Position numbers and translations under genes: made by a program. Shown in pieces: positions 38,551 through 48,196 of a stretch of 64,000 nt of DNA (position 1 is its first letter; every line of letters begins with the position of its first letter). The stretch is from an uncultured archaeon (GTDB lineage Archaea; Asgardarchaeota; Lokiarchaeia; Sigyniarchaeales; SOKP01): NCBI GenBank assembly GCA_964632315.1, contig CAZWEM010000001.1, positions 112,060 through 176,059 of the forward strand. Reading direction: 5' to 3'. The notes under the pieces are model-generated. The model saw only the letters and a program-made list of their open reading frames with translations. It was not told the origin of the DNA and ran no database searches.

Positions 38551-39483
38551 TTAGAATATAATAATTAATACGCCTAATATAGTCAATATTACTCCTATAA
38601 ACCCAAACCTCGTTATTCCTTCCCCATTTATAAAATATGTAAATGGAAGTGAAAATAAGGGACTCGCGCTTGCTACTAAGGCCATAATGGTGGCGCCTGC
38701 TACACGAGCAGCTTCAGTATATAAATAAGCTCCTAAAGATGTGCCAATTATTGCTCCTATAATTAATATCATCCAAGTTTTCCTCGTTCTGTTTATTACG
38801 TTTGAACTTCTCTTTTTATATTTTTCATAGGACACCATTGATAGTAATATTAGTAAAGCAAAGGGAAATCTAATGACGTTCCCAATTACGGAACTTAAGC
38901 CCTCAGTAAATAATATATTATTAATTTCATTCGTAGCAAAATCAATGATGATCAAACCTATCGCCCATCCAAATGCAGCCACGACTGCATACATTATTGC
39001 TTTCAATCTTAAATTAGTTCTTAAGTCTTTTTGAGGAACTATGCTACTTTTATCATTATTCTTACTTTTTCCAATAATGTAAATACCCATACTTACAAAA
39101 AAAATAGATATAATAACACGGATATCAAAAGGGTCATTTAAGAAAAATATTGATAGAATATAGGTAATGACGGGGAAGACCATTGAAACTGCTAAAGCAT
39201 TAGTTGTTCCTAAGTCTTTTTGTGCTTGAAAGTAGGCCGTATCCCCTATTACTTGTCCAAAGACGAAACTGATAAATAAGATTATCCACAACGTAATTGG
39301 AAGTAGAAAAATTTGCGAAAAAACATTAAAACTAAACGCTAAAATAAAAAAAGTTATTGTTCCAATTAAGGTTCGTATAAAATTAATGAAAGTAGGACTT
39401 GCTTCTTTTTCAGTTCTTCTGAATAGGACATTAGAAATGACAAAAGTTAACACTGCAAGTATAGCTATCCATTCTCCACTCAT
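38551..39483 (-). CDS. DMT/EamA family transporter
   Basis: About 10 TMs in two repeats; GQVIGDTAYF, SASPLFSL...GE. Confidence 0.88.
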   Translation of the reverse strand: MSGEWIAILAVLTFVISNVLFRRTEKEASPTFINFIRTLIGTITFFILAFSFNVFSQIFLLPITLWIILFISFVFGQVIGDTAYFQAQKDLGTTNALAVSMVFPVITYILSIFFLNDPFDIRVIISIFFVSMGIYIIGKSKNNDKSSIVPQKDLRTNLRLKAIMYAVVAAFGWAIGLIIIDFATNEINNILFTEGLSSVIGNVIRFPFALLILLSMVSYEKYKKRSSNVINRTRKTWMILIIGAIIGTSLGAYLYTEAARVAGATIMALVASASPLFSLPFTYFINGEGITRFGFIGVILTILGVLIIIF

Positions 39484-39491
39484 GATAAAAT

Positions 39492-40964
39492 CTATTTTTC
39501 TAGAATATTTCTAAGTTTCTGTCCATAATTACATAATTTGAGAAATGATTTGGCAGCAGCTTGAATAGTAGGGTAAACTAAAAAGTCATCAGCAATCAAC
39601 TTTTCATAAAATAATTTCCGGGATTCACTTGGATATTCATGCAAAATAATGACAAAAATTTTTCCTAAATCTTCAGTGTGTTTTTTTATTTGAGTTAAAT
39701 TATAATAATAATTCTTGAATCTTTTGCTATCTTGATCTCTCCAAGCATCAGTTTCTACGAGGACTAAATCGATGTTTTCATCGATTGCTACTGTGCATAC
39801 GTCTAAAAATTCTTTTTTTGAATTTATCCATGGTAGATCGAAAGGATTTTCCAAGCTTCCAATAATTGCCGGATAAATTTCTTTCAATTTCCTTAATTTA
39901 TCTCCAGTGAAATGGGGTAATTCAATGCCAAATTCAGTTAACAAATCAGTGGCTAAAATTCCAAAGCCTCCTGACCATAAAATTACTAAAGCGCGCTTCT
40001 GCGTTGGAAATAACGGGGTCTTATCAAGTTTTTTACATTGTACGATATAGTGGCAAAACATATACGCATGCTCTATAATATCATCTAAAGATGAAGATAT
40101 CTCAGTTACTATTGTTTGTTTGAATAAAGCTTTCCATACCTCTCGATCAGATACAAGAGATCCAGTATGAGTCAAAACTGCCATTTGTCCCCTAGCAGTC
40201 TTACCTCCACGCATGAACAATACAGGTTTTTTAATTTTTTTAAGGATATTGAATAATCTACGCCCTTCATTAGGATAAAAAGGTGAAAAACCTTCTTGAT
40301 ACACGCAAATTATTTCAGTTTCCTCATCGTTATCGAAGAATTCAATCATTTCAGAAATTTGGATATCTACACAATTTCCGATGCTTACCCCTTTTGAGAT
40401 GCGTAAGTTATATTTCTTGGAACCAAATTTAATAAATCTTGAATGTAAATCTCCAGATTGAAATATTAATCCGATATTTCCTAATTCTGTTGGAAAGGAC
40501 CCATAATACGCTATTTTCCCGCGAGGACAGTATACTCCCATGCAATTCGGTCCAATTGCTCTGGTTTCTTTATACTGACTTAGGAGCTCTTTTAATTGTT
40601 TTTCGATTTCGACCCCGATCTCATCAGCTTCTCCCGTGCCTGCAGTAAAAATATGGAAGAATTTGACATTTTTTAAATTTAAGATTTCTTTTATTTTCTC
40701 TAAAAGAAATTCTCTTCTTATAGAAAGAATAACTAAATCAATGGAATCTGAAGGAATATCATTTATTGCTTTATAACACTTTATATCATTAATAATATCC
40801 AGCTTGGATGAAACTAAATATAAATTCGTAATATCGAAACCTTGTCGGATTAATCCATCAATAAAAAACGAACTTTTGGCAGAAATTTCATATATCATAA
40901 TATTTTTTGGTTGAAATAATCTCTCAAAAGGATGCTTTACATTATTCAATTCTATCAATCTCAT
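39492..40964 (-). CDS. NDP-forming acyl-CoA synthetase alpha-like (CoA-binding) subunit
   Basis: FTAGTGE, IGPNCMG, QSGD, SIGN, GGKT..G..AVLTHTGSL (phospho-His), SGGFGIL, NPFD. Confidence 0.82.
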   Translation of the reverse strand: MRLIELNNVKHPFERLFQPKNIMIYEISAKSSFFIDGLIRQGFDITNLYLVSSKLDIINDIKCYKAINDIPSDSIDLVILSIRREFLLEKIKEILNLKNVKFFHIFTAGTGEADEIGVEIEKQLKELLSQYKETRAIGPNCMGVYCPRGKIAYYGSFPTELGNIGLIFQSGDLHSRFIKFGSKKYNLRISKGVSIGNCVDIQISEMIEFFDNDEETEIICVYQEGFSPFYPNEGRRLFNILKKIKKPVLFMRGGKTARGQMAVLTHTGSLVSDREVWKALFKQTIVTEISSSLDDIIEHAYMFCHYIVQCKKLDKTPLFPTQKRALVILWSGGFGILATDLLTEFGIELPHFTGDKLRKLKEIYPAIIGSLENPFDLPWINSKKEFLDVCTVAIDENIDLVLVETDAWRDQDSKRFKNYYYNLTQIKKHTEDLGKIFVIILHEYPSESRKLFYEKLIADDFLVYPTIQAAAKSFLKLCNYGQKLRNILEK

Positions 40965-41562
40965 CTGAAGTCAATTTAAAATTGCAATTATAGCAATAAA
41001 GAGGAATTGAGTCATACTCAGTACCACATTTAGGACAAATGATTAAAGGCTTATCATTTAACTTTTCATCCACAATCTTTTTTCCAAATTGAGTGGATTT
41101 TATTCTTTGAAGTAAAAGAGAGAGAAAAATGCTAAATGTAAAAATCACTAACCCCAAAATTATGGTGTTCCATATTAAGGGCATAAAATTCGAGTTAAAA
41201 TATCCCTTCGTCACTTTCATAACTTGATTTTGTCTTGGGACAAAAATAAAAACATATACGAAAAAGTTCAAAACAAAAAAAGTTAATAAATTAGAAGAAT
41301 AAGCTTTTTTATAATTCAAGTTAGTTAAAATTGGTATAAGCGATACTAATAACCAAGATAAATACATGAATAAAGTGCCGTTAACACCTAGAAATAACAC
41401 ATATTTTGCCAAAAATTCAATGATAACTCTCTGTTCAATTTCGGTGTTAGGATCAAACTCTATTTGGAATGAATAACTAAAAATGTAAATAATGATTGTT
41501 AATAAAATGAACTGTAAGATGAAAGATATAGTCTTTTTCTTGAAAAAACTTCTTATCTTCAT
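40942..41562 (-). CDS. Membrane protein with C-terminal zinc ribbon
   Basis: About 4 TMs followed by CPKC...CYNC. Confidence 0.7.
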   Translation of the reverse strand: MKIRSFFKKKTISFILQFILLTIIIYIFSYSFQIEFDPNTEIEQRVIIEFLAKYVLFLGVNGTLFMYLSWLLVSLIPILTNLNYKKAYSSNLLTFFVLNFFVYVFIFVPRQNQVMKVTKGYFNSNFMPLIWNTIILGLVIFTFSIFLSLLLQRIKSTQFGKKIVDEKLNDKPLIICPKCGTEYDSIPLYCYNCNFKLTSDEIDRIE

Positions 41563-41754
41563 TATTAGATAATTTAAATTTATTAAATTAAATTAACTTT
41601 TTTTAAAAAAATTTTAAGAAAAGATATATAGATGGTGCTTAAATAGTAAAATTTTTAATATTTGCTTGCTTTTTGTACTTACAGTGCTGTGTGATTTTAC
41701 TATTTCTATAAGAATTATTCATTTTAATTTACAAACAGAGGATGTTATGGATTT

Positions 41755-44655
41755 ATGAGCTATACTTATAGCCGTACTAAAATGATCGAAAAGATCAAAT
41801 TTGGATTGTTAAGTCCAGATGAAATTCGCAAGATGAGTGCTGCTCGTATCATTACTGCGGATACTTATGATGAAGATGGACTTCCAATTCCAAGTGGTCT
41901 CATGGATCAAAGATTAGGGACAATTGAACCCGGTCAGAGATGTCAGACTTGTGGAAATCTGGTAAGTAATTGTATGGGGCATTTCGGACATATTGAGTTA
42001 GCTAGACCAGTAATCCACGTTGGATATGCAAAGAAAGTATTAAAAGTCTTAAGATCAATTTGTCCTGAATGCTCTCGATTAATGTTAACTGAAGATGAAA
42101 AAGAAAGGTTCAGAAAAGAGCAACAGATGCACAGGAGAATCTTTTTCGAAGGAGATGAAGATTCAACAAAATTGGTATTTAAAAAAGCAAGAAAGAGCAA
42201 GTTATGCCCCTATTGCGGTGCAAAAAAGAAGAAAATTATTATTGAAAAACCCACCACATTTTATGAAGAAGAAGAAAATAAAGGTTCAAGACGTCTTACT
42301 CCGATCGAGATTTTAGAGCGCCTTAAGAAAATGACTGATAACGATCTAAGAATTTTGGGAATTTCACCTGAAAATGCTCGCTTAGAATGGGTTATATTTA
42401 CTGTCTTGCCAATACCACCTGTATGTGCAAGGCCCTCTATTACCTTGGATAGTGGTATAAGGTCAGAAGACGATCTAACCCATAAACTCGTTGATGTCAT
42501 AAGAATTAACCAGCGTTTAAGAGAGAATATTGATGCGGGTGCTCCTCATCTTATCGTTGAAGATTTATGGGAGTTATTACAATATCATATTACTACTTAT
42601 TTTGATAATCAAGTATCTGGAATCCCTCCAGCAAGACATAGATCTGGGAGGGCTTTAAGAACTCTAACTCAAAGATTAAAAGGTAAGGAAGGACGATTTA
42701 GAAGCAATTTGAGTGGAAAACGAGTCGATTTTTCTGCGAGAAGCGTTATCTCTCCTAATCCTTATATTAGCATAAACGAAGTGGGTGTTCCAATTGAAAT
42801 TGCTAAAATCCTTACTATACCCACGAATGTAAATGATTGGAATATAGAAGAGATGAAGCAAATGGTACTTAATGGACCTTTCAATCATCCTGGAGCGAAT
42901 TATATTATTAGGAATGATCGGAGAAGAATCGACCTTCGATATGTTAAAAATAGAAAAATAATTGCAGATATGCTCGCACCGGGTTTTACTGTGGAACGTC
43001 ATCTGAATGAGGGAGATCTAGTATTGTTTAATCGACAACCCTCACTTCATAGAATGTCGATTATGGCCCATGAAGTTAGAATTATGAAAGGAAGAACTTT
43101 CCGATTAAATTTAACAGTCTGCCCACCTTATAACGCTGATTTCGATGGGGATGAAATGAACCTCCATGTTCCACAAAGTGAAGAAGCAAGGACAGAAGCA
43201 GAATTATTATTGAAGGTGCAAGAACATATCTTATCACCCAGATTTGGAGGCCCTATTTTAGGGGGAATTCAAGACTTTATTTCTTCAGTATTTCAATTTA
43301 CTAGTAAAGATTCGCTTTATAATAAAAAGGATGCTCTTAATTTGCTTTATATGGGGGGAGTTTTTGATTTGAACTCCGATTTTAAGATTGAGCACATGAA
43401 ACCAGTTAAAACCGATCCCGAATCTCTCTACTCGGGTAAACAAATTTTTAGCACTCTTTTTCCGGATGATTTAAACATAAAGGTAAAATCGAAATTTTGT
43501 AAAAACTGTGATGTCTGCGAGGAAGAGGATTGTCCTTATGATGCTTATGTCATAATAAAGAATGGAGAACTCATAACAGGTACGATTGATGAGAATTCCT
43601 TTGGTGCGATGCAATCAAATAGTATATTACAAAGAATTATTAAAGATCATGGAAACGCAAGAGGAAGGCAATTTTTAGATAATGCAACAAAGATGTTACT
43701 GTATGTTATACGTCAAAATGGGATGACGATAGGTTTGGATGAAGTATATGTCCATGGACATGCTTACGAAGAAATTCGTAATATTTTAAAAAATGCAGAT
43801 GAAGAAGCAGACAGGTTAATCAAAGCATTTTATGAAGACGATACAAGTATATTAAAGCGCGCTCCAGGAAGATCTATGAGGGAAACTTTGGAATTAAGGA
43901 TACGTCAAGTACTTGCTGAAGCCCGTAAGCAAGCTGAAGAGACCGCAGCAGACTTTATTGGTGATGAGGCTCATTCGGTAATAATGACTAAATCGGGTGC
44001 GCGAGGAAATATTTTAAATTTAGGTCAAATGTCTGCTGTAGTTGGCCAACAAGCCATTAGAGGAGAAAGAATCAATAGAGGATATAGTTCAAGAACCCTG
44101 CCTCATTTCAAGATCAATGATCTCACCCCAAAATCTCGTGGATTTGTAGAATCTTCATACAGAGAGGGGTTAAATCCCGAAGAATTTTTCTTCCATGCAA
44201 TGGGAGGAAGAGAGGGATTGGTAGATACTGCTGTAAGAACCAGTACTTCAGGATATATGCAAAGAAGATTGGTGAATGCATTACAAGACATGGTGGTTGA
44301 GAATGATGGAACTGTCCGAAACTCAGATAAAAACGTAATACAATTTAGTTATGGTGATGATGGAATAGATCCCATGCATACAGATCATAGTGATGCAGTA
44401 AATCTTGACGTTCTACTGCTTAAAGCAAAGGCTTTAGATATAAGTCACATAAAGGATGAATTAGAAGCAACACCGGAAGAGAAAGAGGAACCTCCTAAAA
44501 AAGAAAAAAAGAAAGCGGTTAAAAAAGAAACCTCTGAACCACCAGATGAAGAAAAAATGATAAAGACGTTTGAAGAGGAAACTGGTAAGAATGCAATTTG
44601 GAGAGGAAAAGTCACGAAAGGATATTTGGAATGGAAAGAGGAGAAATTCAAATAA
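41755..44655 (+). CDS. rpoA1: DNA-directed RNA polymerase subunit A' (Rpo1N) with C-terminal extension
   Basis: CMGHFGHIEL, GKRVDFSAR, NRQPSLH, catalytic YNADFDGDEMN, HAMGGREGL. Confidence 0.98.
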   Translation: MSYTYSRTKMIEKIKFGLLSPDEIRKMSAARIITADTYDEDGLPIPSGLMDQRLGTIEPGQRCQTCGNLVSNCMGHFGHIELARPVIHVGYAKKVLKVLRSICPECSRLMLTEDEKERFRKEQQMHRRIFFEGDEDSTKLVFKKARKSKLCPYCGAKKKKIIIEKPTTFYEEEENKGSRRLTPIEILERLKKMTDNDLRILGISPENARLEWVIFTVLPIPPVCARPSITLDSGIRSEDDLTHKLVDVIRINQRLRENIDAGAPHLIVEDLWELLQYHITTYFDNQVSGIPPARHRSGRALRTLTQRLKGKEGRFRSNLSGKRVDFSARSVISPNPYISINEVGVPIEIAKILTIPTNVNDWNIEEMKQMVLNGPFNHPGANYIIRNDRRRIDLRYVKNRKIIADMLAPGFTVERHLNEGDLVLFNRQPSLHRMSIMAHEVRIMKGRTFRLNLTVCPPYNADFDGDEMNLHVPQSEEARTEAELLLKVQEHILSPRFGGPILGGIQDFISSVFQFTSKDSLYNKKDALNLLYMGGVFDLNSDFKIEHMKPVKTDPESLYSGKQIFSTLFPDDLNIKVKSKFCKNCDVCEEEDCPYDAYVIIKNGELITGTIDENSFGAMQSNSILQRIIKDHGNARGRQFLDNATKMLLYVIRQNGMTIGLDEVYVHGHAYEEIRNILKNADEEADRLIKAFYEDDTSILKRAPGRSMRETLELRIRQVLAEARKQAEETAADFIGDEAHSVIMTKSGARGNILNLGQMSAVVGQQAIRGERINRGYSSRTLPHFKINDLTPKSRGFVESSYREGLNPEEFFFHAMGGREGLVDTAVRTSTSGYMQRRLVNALQDMVVENDGTVRNSDKNVIQFSYGDDGIDPMHTDHSDAVNLDVLLLKAKALDISHIKDELEATPEEKEEPPKKEKKKAVKKETSEPPDEEKMIKTFEEETGKNAIWRGKVTKGYLEWKEEKFK

Positions 44656-44673
44656 AATTGAGGTAGATTATTT

Positions 44674-45867
44674 ATGAGTAAAATAACATCAAAATATTTA
44701 GATAAGAAATTGGAAGAATTAAAGGAGGATGGAATTCCGAAGGATTTAATTGGGAAGATCCAAAATAAACTAAAAAATGAAGATTTAGATGAGATCCAAC
44801 TCGAATATCTACTAAATAAAATTTATATCAACTTTAATAACGCTAGGGTTGAAACTTCTGAACCAGTTGGCACCGTTGCTGCTCAATCCATTGGAGAACC
44901 AGGAACTCAAATGACTCTCCGAACTTTTCATTATGCGGGAGTGGAAGAATTTTCAGTAACTCAAGGGTTACCTCGTCTTATTGAAATCGTCGATGCTCGA
45001 AGATTCCCCTCAACTCCAATGATGGAAATTTATTTAGAAAAACCATTTAATTCTTCTGAAGATAAAGCTATTCAGGTTCATAATCGAATTGAGCAGATTA
45101 GAATTGAACAAATAGCGTCTGACGTAGATCTTGATTTTATTGATTGGAAGATTATAATTCACTTAATTCCTGATATATGCGAAAAGAAAGGAATTGAAAT
45201 TGAGAGAATTCCCGAAGTATTAAAGCGTTATAAGAAGAAAGGTTCAATTGTCAGAGAAGGAAACTCAATCATCATAGATCCTGGAATCGAAGATCTTCAA
45301 AGCCTCCAAAAGCTTAGAGAAAAGATCTTAAAAAAAGTTGTTAAGGGAATAAGAGGTGTGAAAAGAGGTCTATTGACTCCAGCTGAGGATAACAAAGAAT
45401 GGTTAATTAAAACTGAAGGAACAAATTTACCCTCAGTAGTTCAGATTGAAGGAGTTGATCCAACAAGGACAGTTTCAAATCATATCCACGAAATTGAAAA
45501 ATTATATGGAATTGAAGCTGCTCGAAATATGATTATTAAAGAATCTCGAAAAGTCTTAGAACAGCAAGGATTAGATGTTGATCTTCGGCATTTACTCATT
45601 CTTTCAGATCTAATGTGTGTTGATGGATCAATTCAATCCATAGGAAGACATGGTATTTCTGGTTCGAAATCTAGTGTATTTGCGAGAGCTGCTTTTGAAG
45701 TGACTGTAAATCAATTGCTTGATGCTGGATTATATGGTGAAGAAGAACGCCTTTTAGGAATACCAGAAAACGTGATAGTGGGTCAGGTTTGCCCAATAGG
45801 GAGTGGCAGAGTTAGTGTTATGTTCGATTTAGATCAGAATTTGAAAATACTAAGCAAAAAACAATAA
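44674..45867 (+). CDS. rpoA2: DNA-directed RNA polymerase subunit A'' (Rpo1C)
   Basis: [44 protein letters not shown]. Confidence 0.97.
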   Translation: MSKITSKYLDKKLEELKEDGIPKDLIGKIQNKLKNEDLDEIQLEYLLNKIYINFNNARVETSEPVGTVAAQSIGEPGTQMTLRTFHYAGVEEFSVTQGLPRLIEIVDARRFPSTPMMEIYLEKPFNSSEDKAIQVHNRIEQIRIEQIASDVDLDFIDWKIIIHLIPDICEKKGIEIERIPEVLKRYKKKGSIVREGNSIIIDPGIEDLQSLQKLREKILKKVVKGIRGVKRGLLTPAEDNKEWLIKTEGTNLPSVVQIEGVDPTRTVSNHIHEIEKLYGIEAARNMIIKESRKVLEQQGLDVDLRHLLILSDLMCVDGSIQSIGRHGISGSKSSVFARAAFEVTVNQLLDAGLYGEEERLLGIPENVIVGQVCPIGSGRVSVMFDLDQNLKILSKKQ

Positions 45868-45981
45868 AACACAAAATTTTTAAAAGGAAGAAAATCCAAC
45901 TAGCGTTAGAAATTTAAATCATCACGTATTTTTTTATTTACTCTATTATAGTATAACAATTTTAAAATAGTTCTTAGGACG

Positions 45982-46350
45982 ATGGCAAAGAAAAGCAAGA
46001 AAGTCGGCGATTCAATCGACCTCTCACGCAAGAAGAAAAAGGAATTTGATGTTGAAACGAATATCAAAGTTGCCTATAAAACTGGTAAGATGATTTATGG
46101 AAAAAGTCAGGTGTTACGCCAATTAAGACAAAAACCATTTAAAATGCTCATTATGGCTAATAATTGCCCTAAAGAATTACAAAATCAATTAAATCATATC
46201 AACAGTTTAACCGAAAAAAATAGCTATATCTACCAATACAAAGGATCCTCATGGGATCTTGGTCTCGCCGTAGGAAAGCCATATATGATTTCTGTTATTG
46301 GAATTGATGATTTTGGAGATTCTGACTTGTTATCTTTAATTAGTAAGTAA
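45982..46350 (+). CDS. rpl30e: 50S ribosomal protein L30e
   Basis: KTGKMIYG, ANNCP, DLGLAVGKPY, GDSDL; synteny. Confidence 0.93.
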   Translation: MAKKSKKVGDSIDLSRKKKKEFDVETNIKVAYKTGKMIYGKSQVLRQLRQKPFKMLIMANNCPKELQNQLNHINSLTEKNSYIYQYKGSSWDLGLAVGKPYMISVIGIDDFGDSDLLSLISK

Positions 46351-46381
46351 GTTTAATTAATTCCTAAGAGATTATTCAAAA

Positions 46382-46855
46382 ATGTTAAGAAAAAATATCA
46401 AAATCGATCGAAATTCGATGGAGCTCATCTCTTTATTTAACAATATTTCAGGAGCAATCATCAAAGATTGTATAATATATGAATCTCCAGAAAATCATTC
46501 CGAAATCATTATATTTTTGGTTAAAAAAGAGGATGTTGGAAAAGCAATTGGAAGAGCTGGAGAGCACGTAAAGGACTTGATGTCAAAACTCCAAAAAAAA
46601 ATTGATGTGATCCCCTACTCCGAGAAAATTGATCAGTTCATTCAATACATTCTAAATACCTCCAAGAATTCAATTGAAGTCCAAAGTATTGAAATTAAAG
46701 AAAATAAAAACGAAAAAAAGACAGTTATTATCTCCGTGCGTCCGCAAGATCGTGGAAAAGCTATAGGGAAGGAAGGTTCAATGATTCGAAAGATAAAAAT
46801 GCTAGTCATAAGGCATTTTGAAGTGGATAACGTCATTATAAACACTAAAAATTAA
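46382..46855 (+). CDS. nusA: Archaeal NusA (two KH domains)
   Basis: GKAIGRAG and GKAIGKEG KH motifs; sits between rpl30e and rps12. Confidence 0.9.
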   Translation: MLRKNIKIDRNSMELISLFNNISGAIIKDCIIYESPENHSEIIIFLVKKEDVGKAIGRAGEHVKDLMSKLQKKIDVIPYSEKIDQFIQYILNTSKNSIEVQSIEIKENKNEKKTVIISVRPQDRGKAIGKEGSMIRKIKMLVIRHFEVDNVIINTKN

Positions 46856-46936
46856 TTAAGCTTTCCTCCCATTTCATAAATTTTAAGTTTAAAGAAGTAT
46901 TTCTTCATCTATTAAATTAATTTAGCAAAGATAATC

Positions 46937-47371
46937 ATGTCAAAACCAAAAGGTCTCTATGCTGCGCGTCAGCTGCGTACAATTAGAAAAAAATATCGCT
47001 GGTCAAAAACAAAATACAAAAGAAAGAAACTTAAATTAAAAAAGAAAGTTGACCCACTCGAAGGTGCTCCACAAGCAGTTGGGATTGTCCTCCAAAAAGT
47101 AGGACGAGAAAGTAAACAACCCAACTCAGCAATTAGAAAGTGCGTTCGTGTTCAATTAAAAAAAAATGGAAAAGGAGTTACTGCATTTTTACCTGGAGAT
47201 GGCGCGCTTAATTTCATAGAAGAGCACGACCGAGTTATCGTTGAAGGTATTGGCGGAGCAAAAGGAAGGGCTATTGGAGATCTCCCAGGTGTGAGATGGA
47301 AAGTTGTAAAAGTTAATGGAGTATCCTTAGAAGCATTAATAGCTGGAAAGAAAGAAAAACCATTGCGATAG
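46937..47371 (+). CDS. rps12: 30S ribosomal protein S12 (uS12)
   Basis: [26 protein letters not shown]. Confidence 0.97.
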   Translation: MSKPKGLYAARQLRTIRKKYRWSKTKYKRKKLKLKKKVDPLEGAPQAVGIVLQKVGRESKQPNSAIRKCVRVQLKKNGKGVTAFLPGDGALNFIEEHDRVIVEGIGGAKGRAIGDLPGVRWKVVKVNGVSLEALIAGKKEKPLR

Positions 47372-47382
47372 AGGAAAAAATT

Positions 47383-48000
47383 ATGAGCAAAGCCCAAGAG
47401 AATGTTAAACTATTCGATAAATGGTCCTTTGAAGATATTGAAATAAGTGATTGGACTTTAGAAAAATACATTAATTTAAAACCTATCATCATTCCACAGA
47501 GTTGTGGGAGGCACGAGCATAGAAGATTTTGGAAAACTTCAAGAGTTTCAATAATAGAAAGGTTTGTAAATCGTTTATTATCACCTGGTTACATAAGTTC
47601 TAAAATAAAAGGTCATAAAAGTTCATACAATTCAGGAAAAAAGAATAAATTAATCAAGAGCTTATTAAATGCATTTACATTGATTGAATTAAACACTGAA
47701 GAAAATCCAATACAAGTTCTCATTGATGCAATTTGTAATTCTGCTCCGAGAGAGGAAACTACAAAAATTGCTATGGGTGGGATAAGTTATGCATCAGCAG
47801 TAGATATCGCACCCCAAAGACGAGTAGATTTAGCAATTAAATACCTAGTACAAGCAATAGGTGGAAGATCTCATTCAAGTGAAAGAATGTTTGAAGCAAA
47901 TATTGCTCAAGAATTAATATTAGCATCTAAAAACAGTCAAGAATCTCGTGCTATTAAACGAAAGGATGAAATTGAGCGGATAGCAGTTTCTGCTAGATAA
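47383..48000 (+). CDS. rps7: 30S ribosomal protein S7 (uS7)
   Basis: NSAPREET, AVDIAPQRRVD, KDEIERIAVSAR. Confidence 0.97.
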   Translation: MSKAQENVKLFDKWSFEDIEISDWTLEKYINLKPIIIPQSCGRHEHRRFWKTSRVSIIERFVNRLLSPGYISSKIKGHKSSYNSGKKNKLIKSLLNAFTLIELNTEENPIQVLIDAICNSAPREETTKIAMGGISYASAVDIAPQRRVDLAIKYLVQAIGGRSHSSERMFEANIAQELILASKNSQESRAIKRKDEIERIAVSAR

Positions 48001-48196
48001 TTTAGCTCCCTTTTTTTGATATTTACTCAAAATTATTTGATAAATTAAGCAAAAATAGAAAATTTGCTCTTTTATATCACCCAAATATTATCATCTTTAA
48101 TTTTTATTGAACATAATTCCTAATTCTTAAATATACCGTCAATCTATTATTTAGATAAGTAATTTTTGATGAATATTATCGTGGTTAAGAGTTAAA

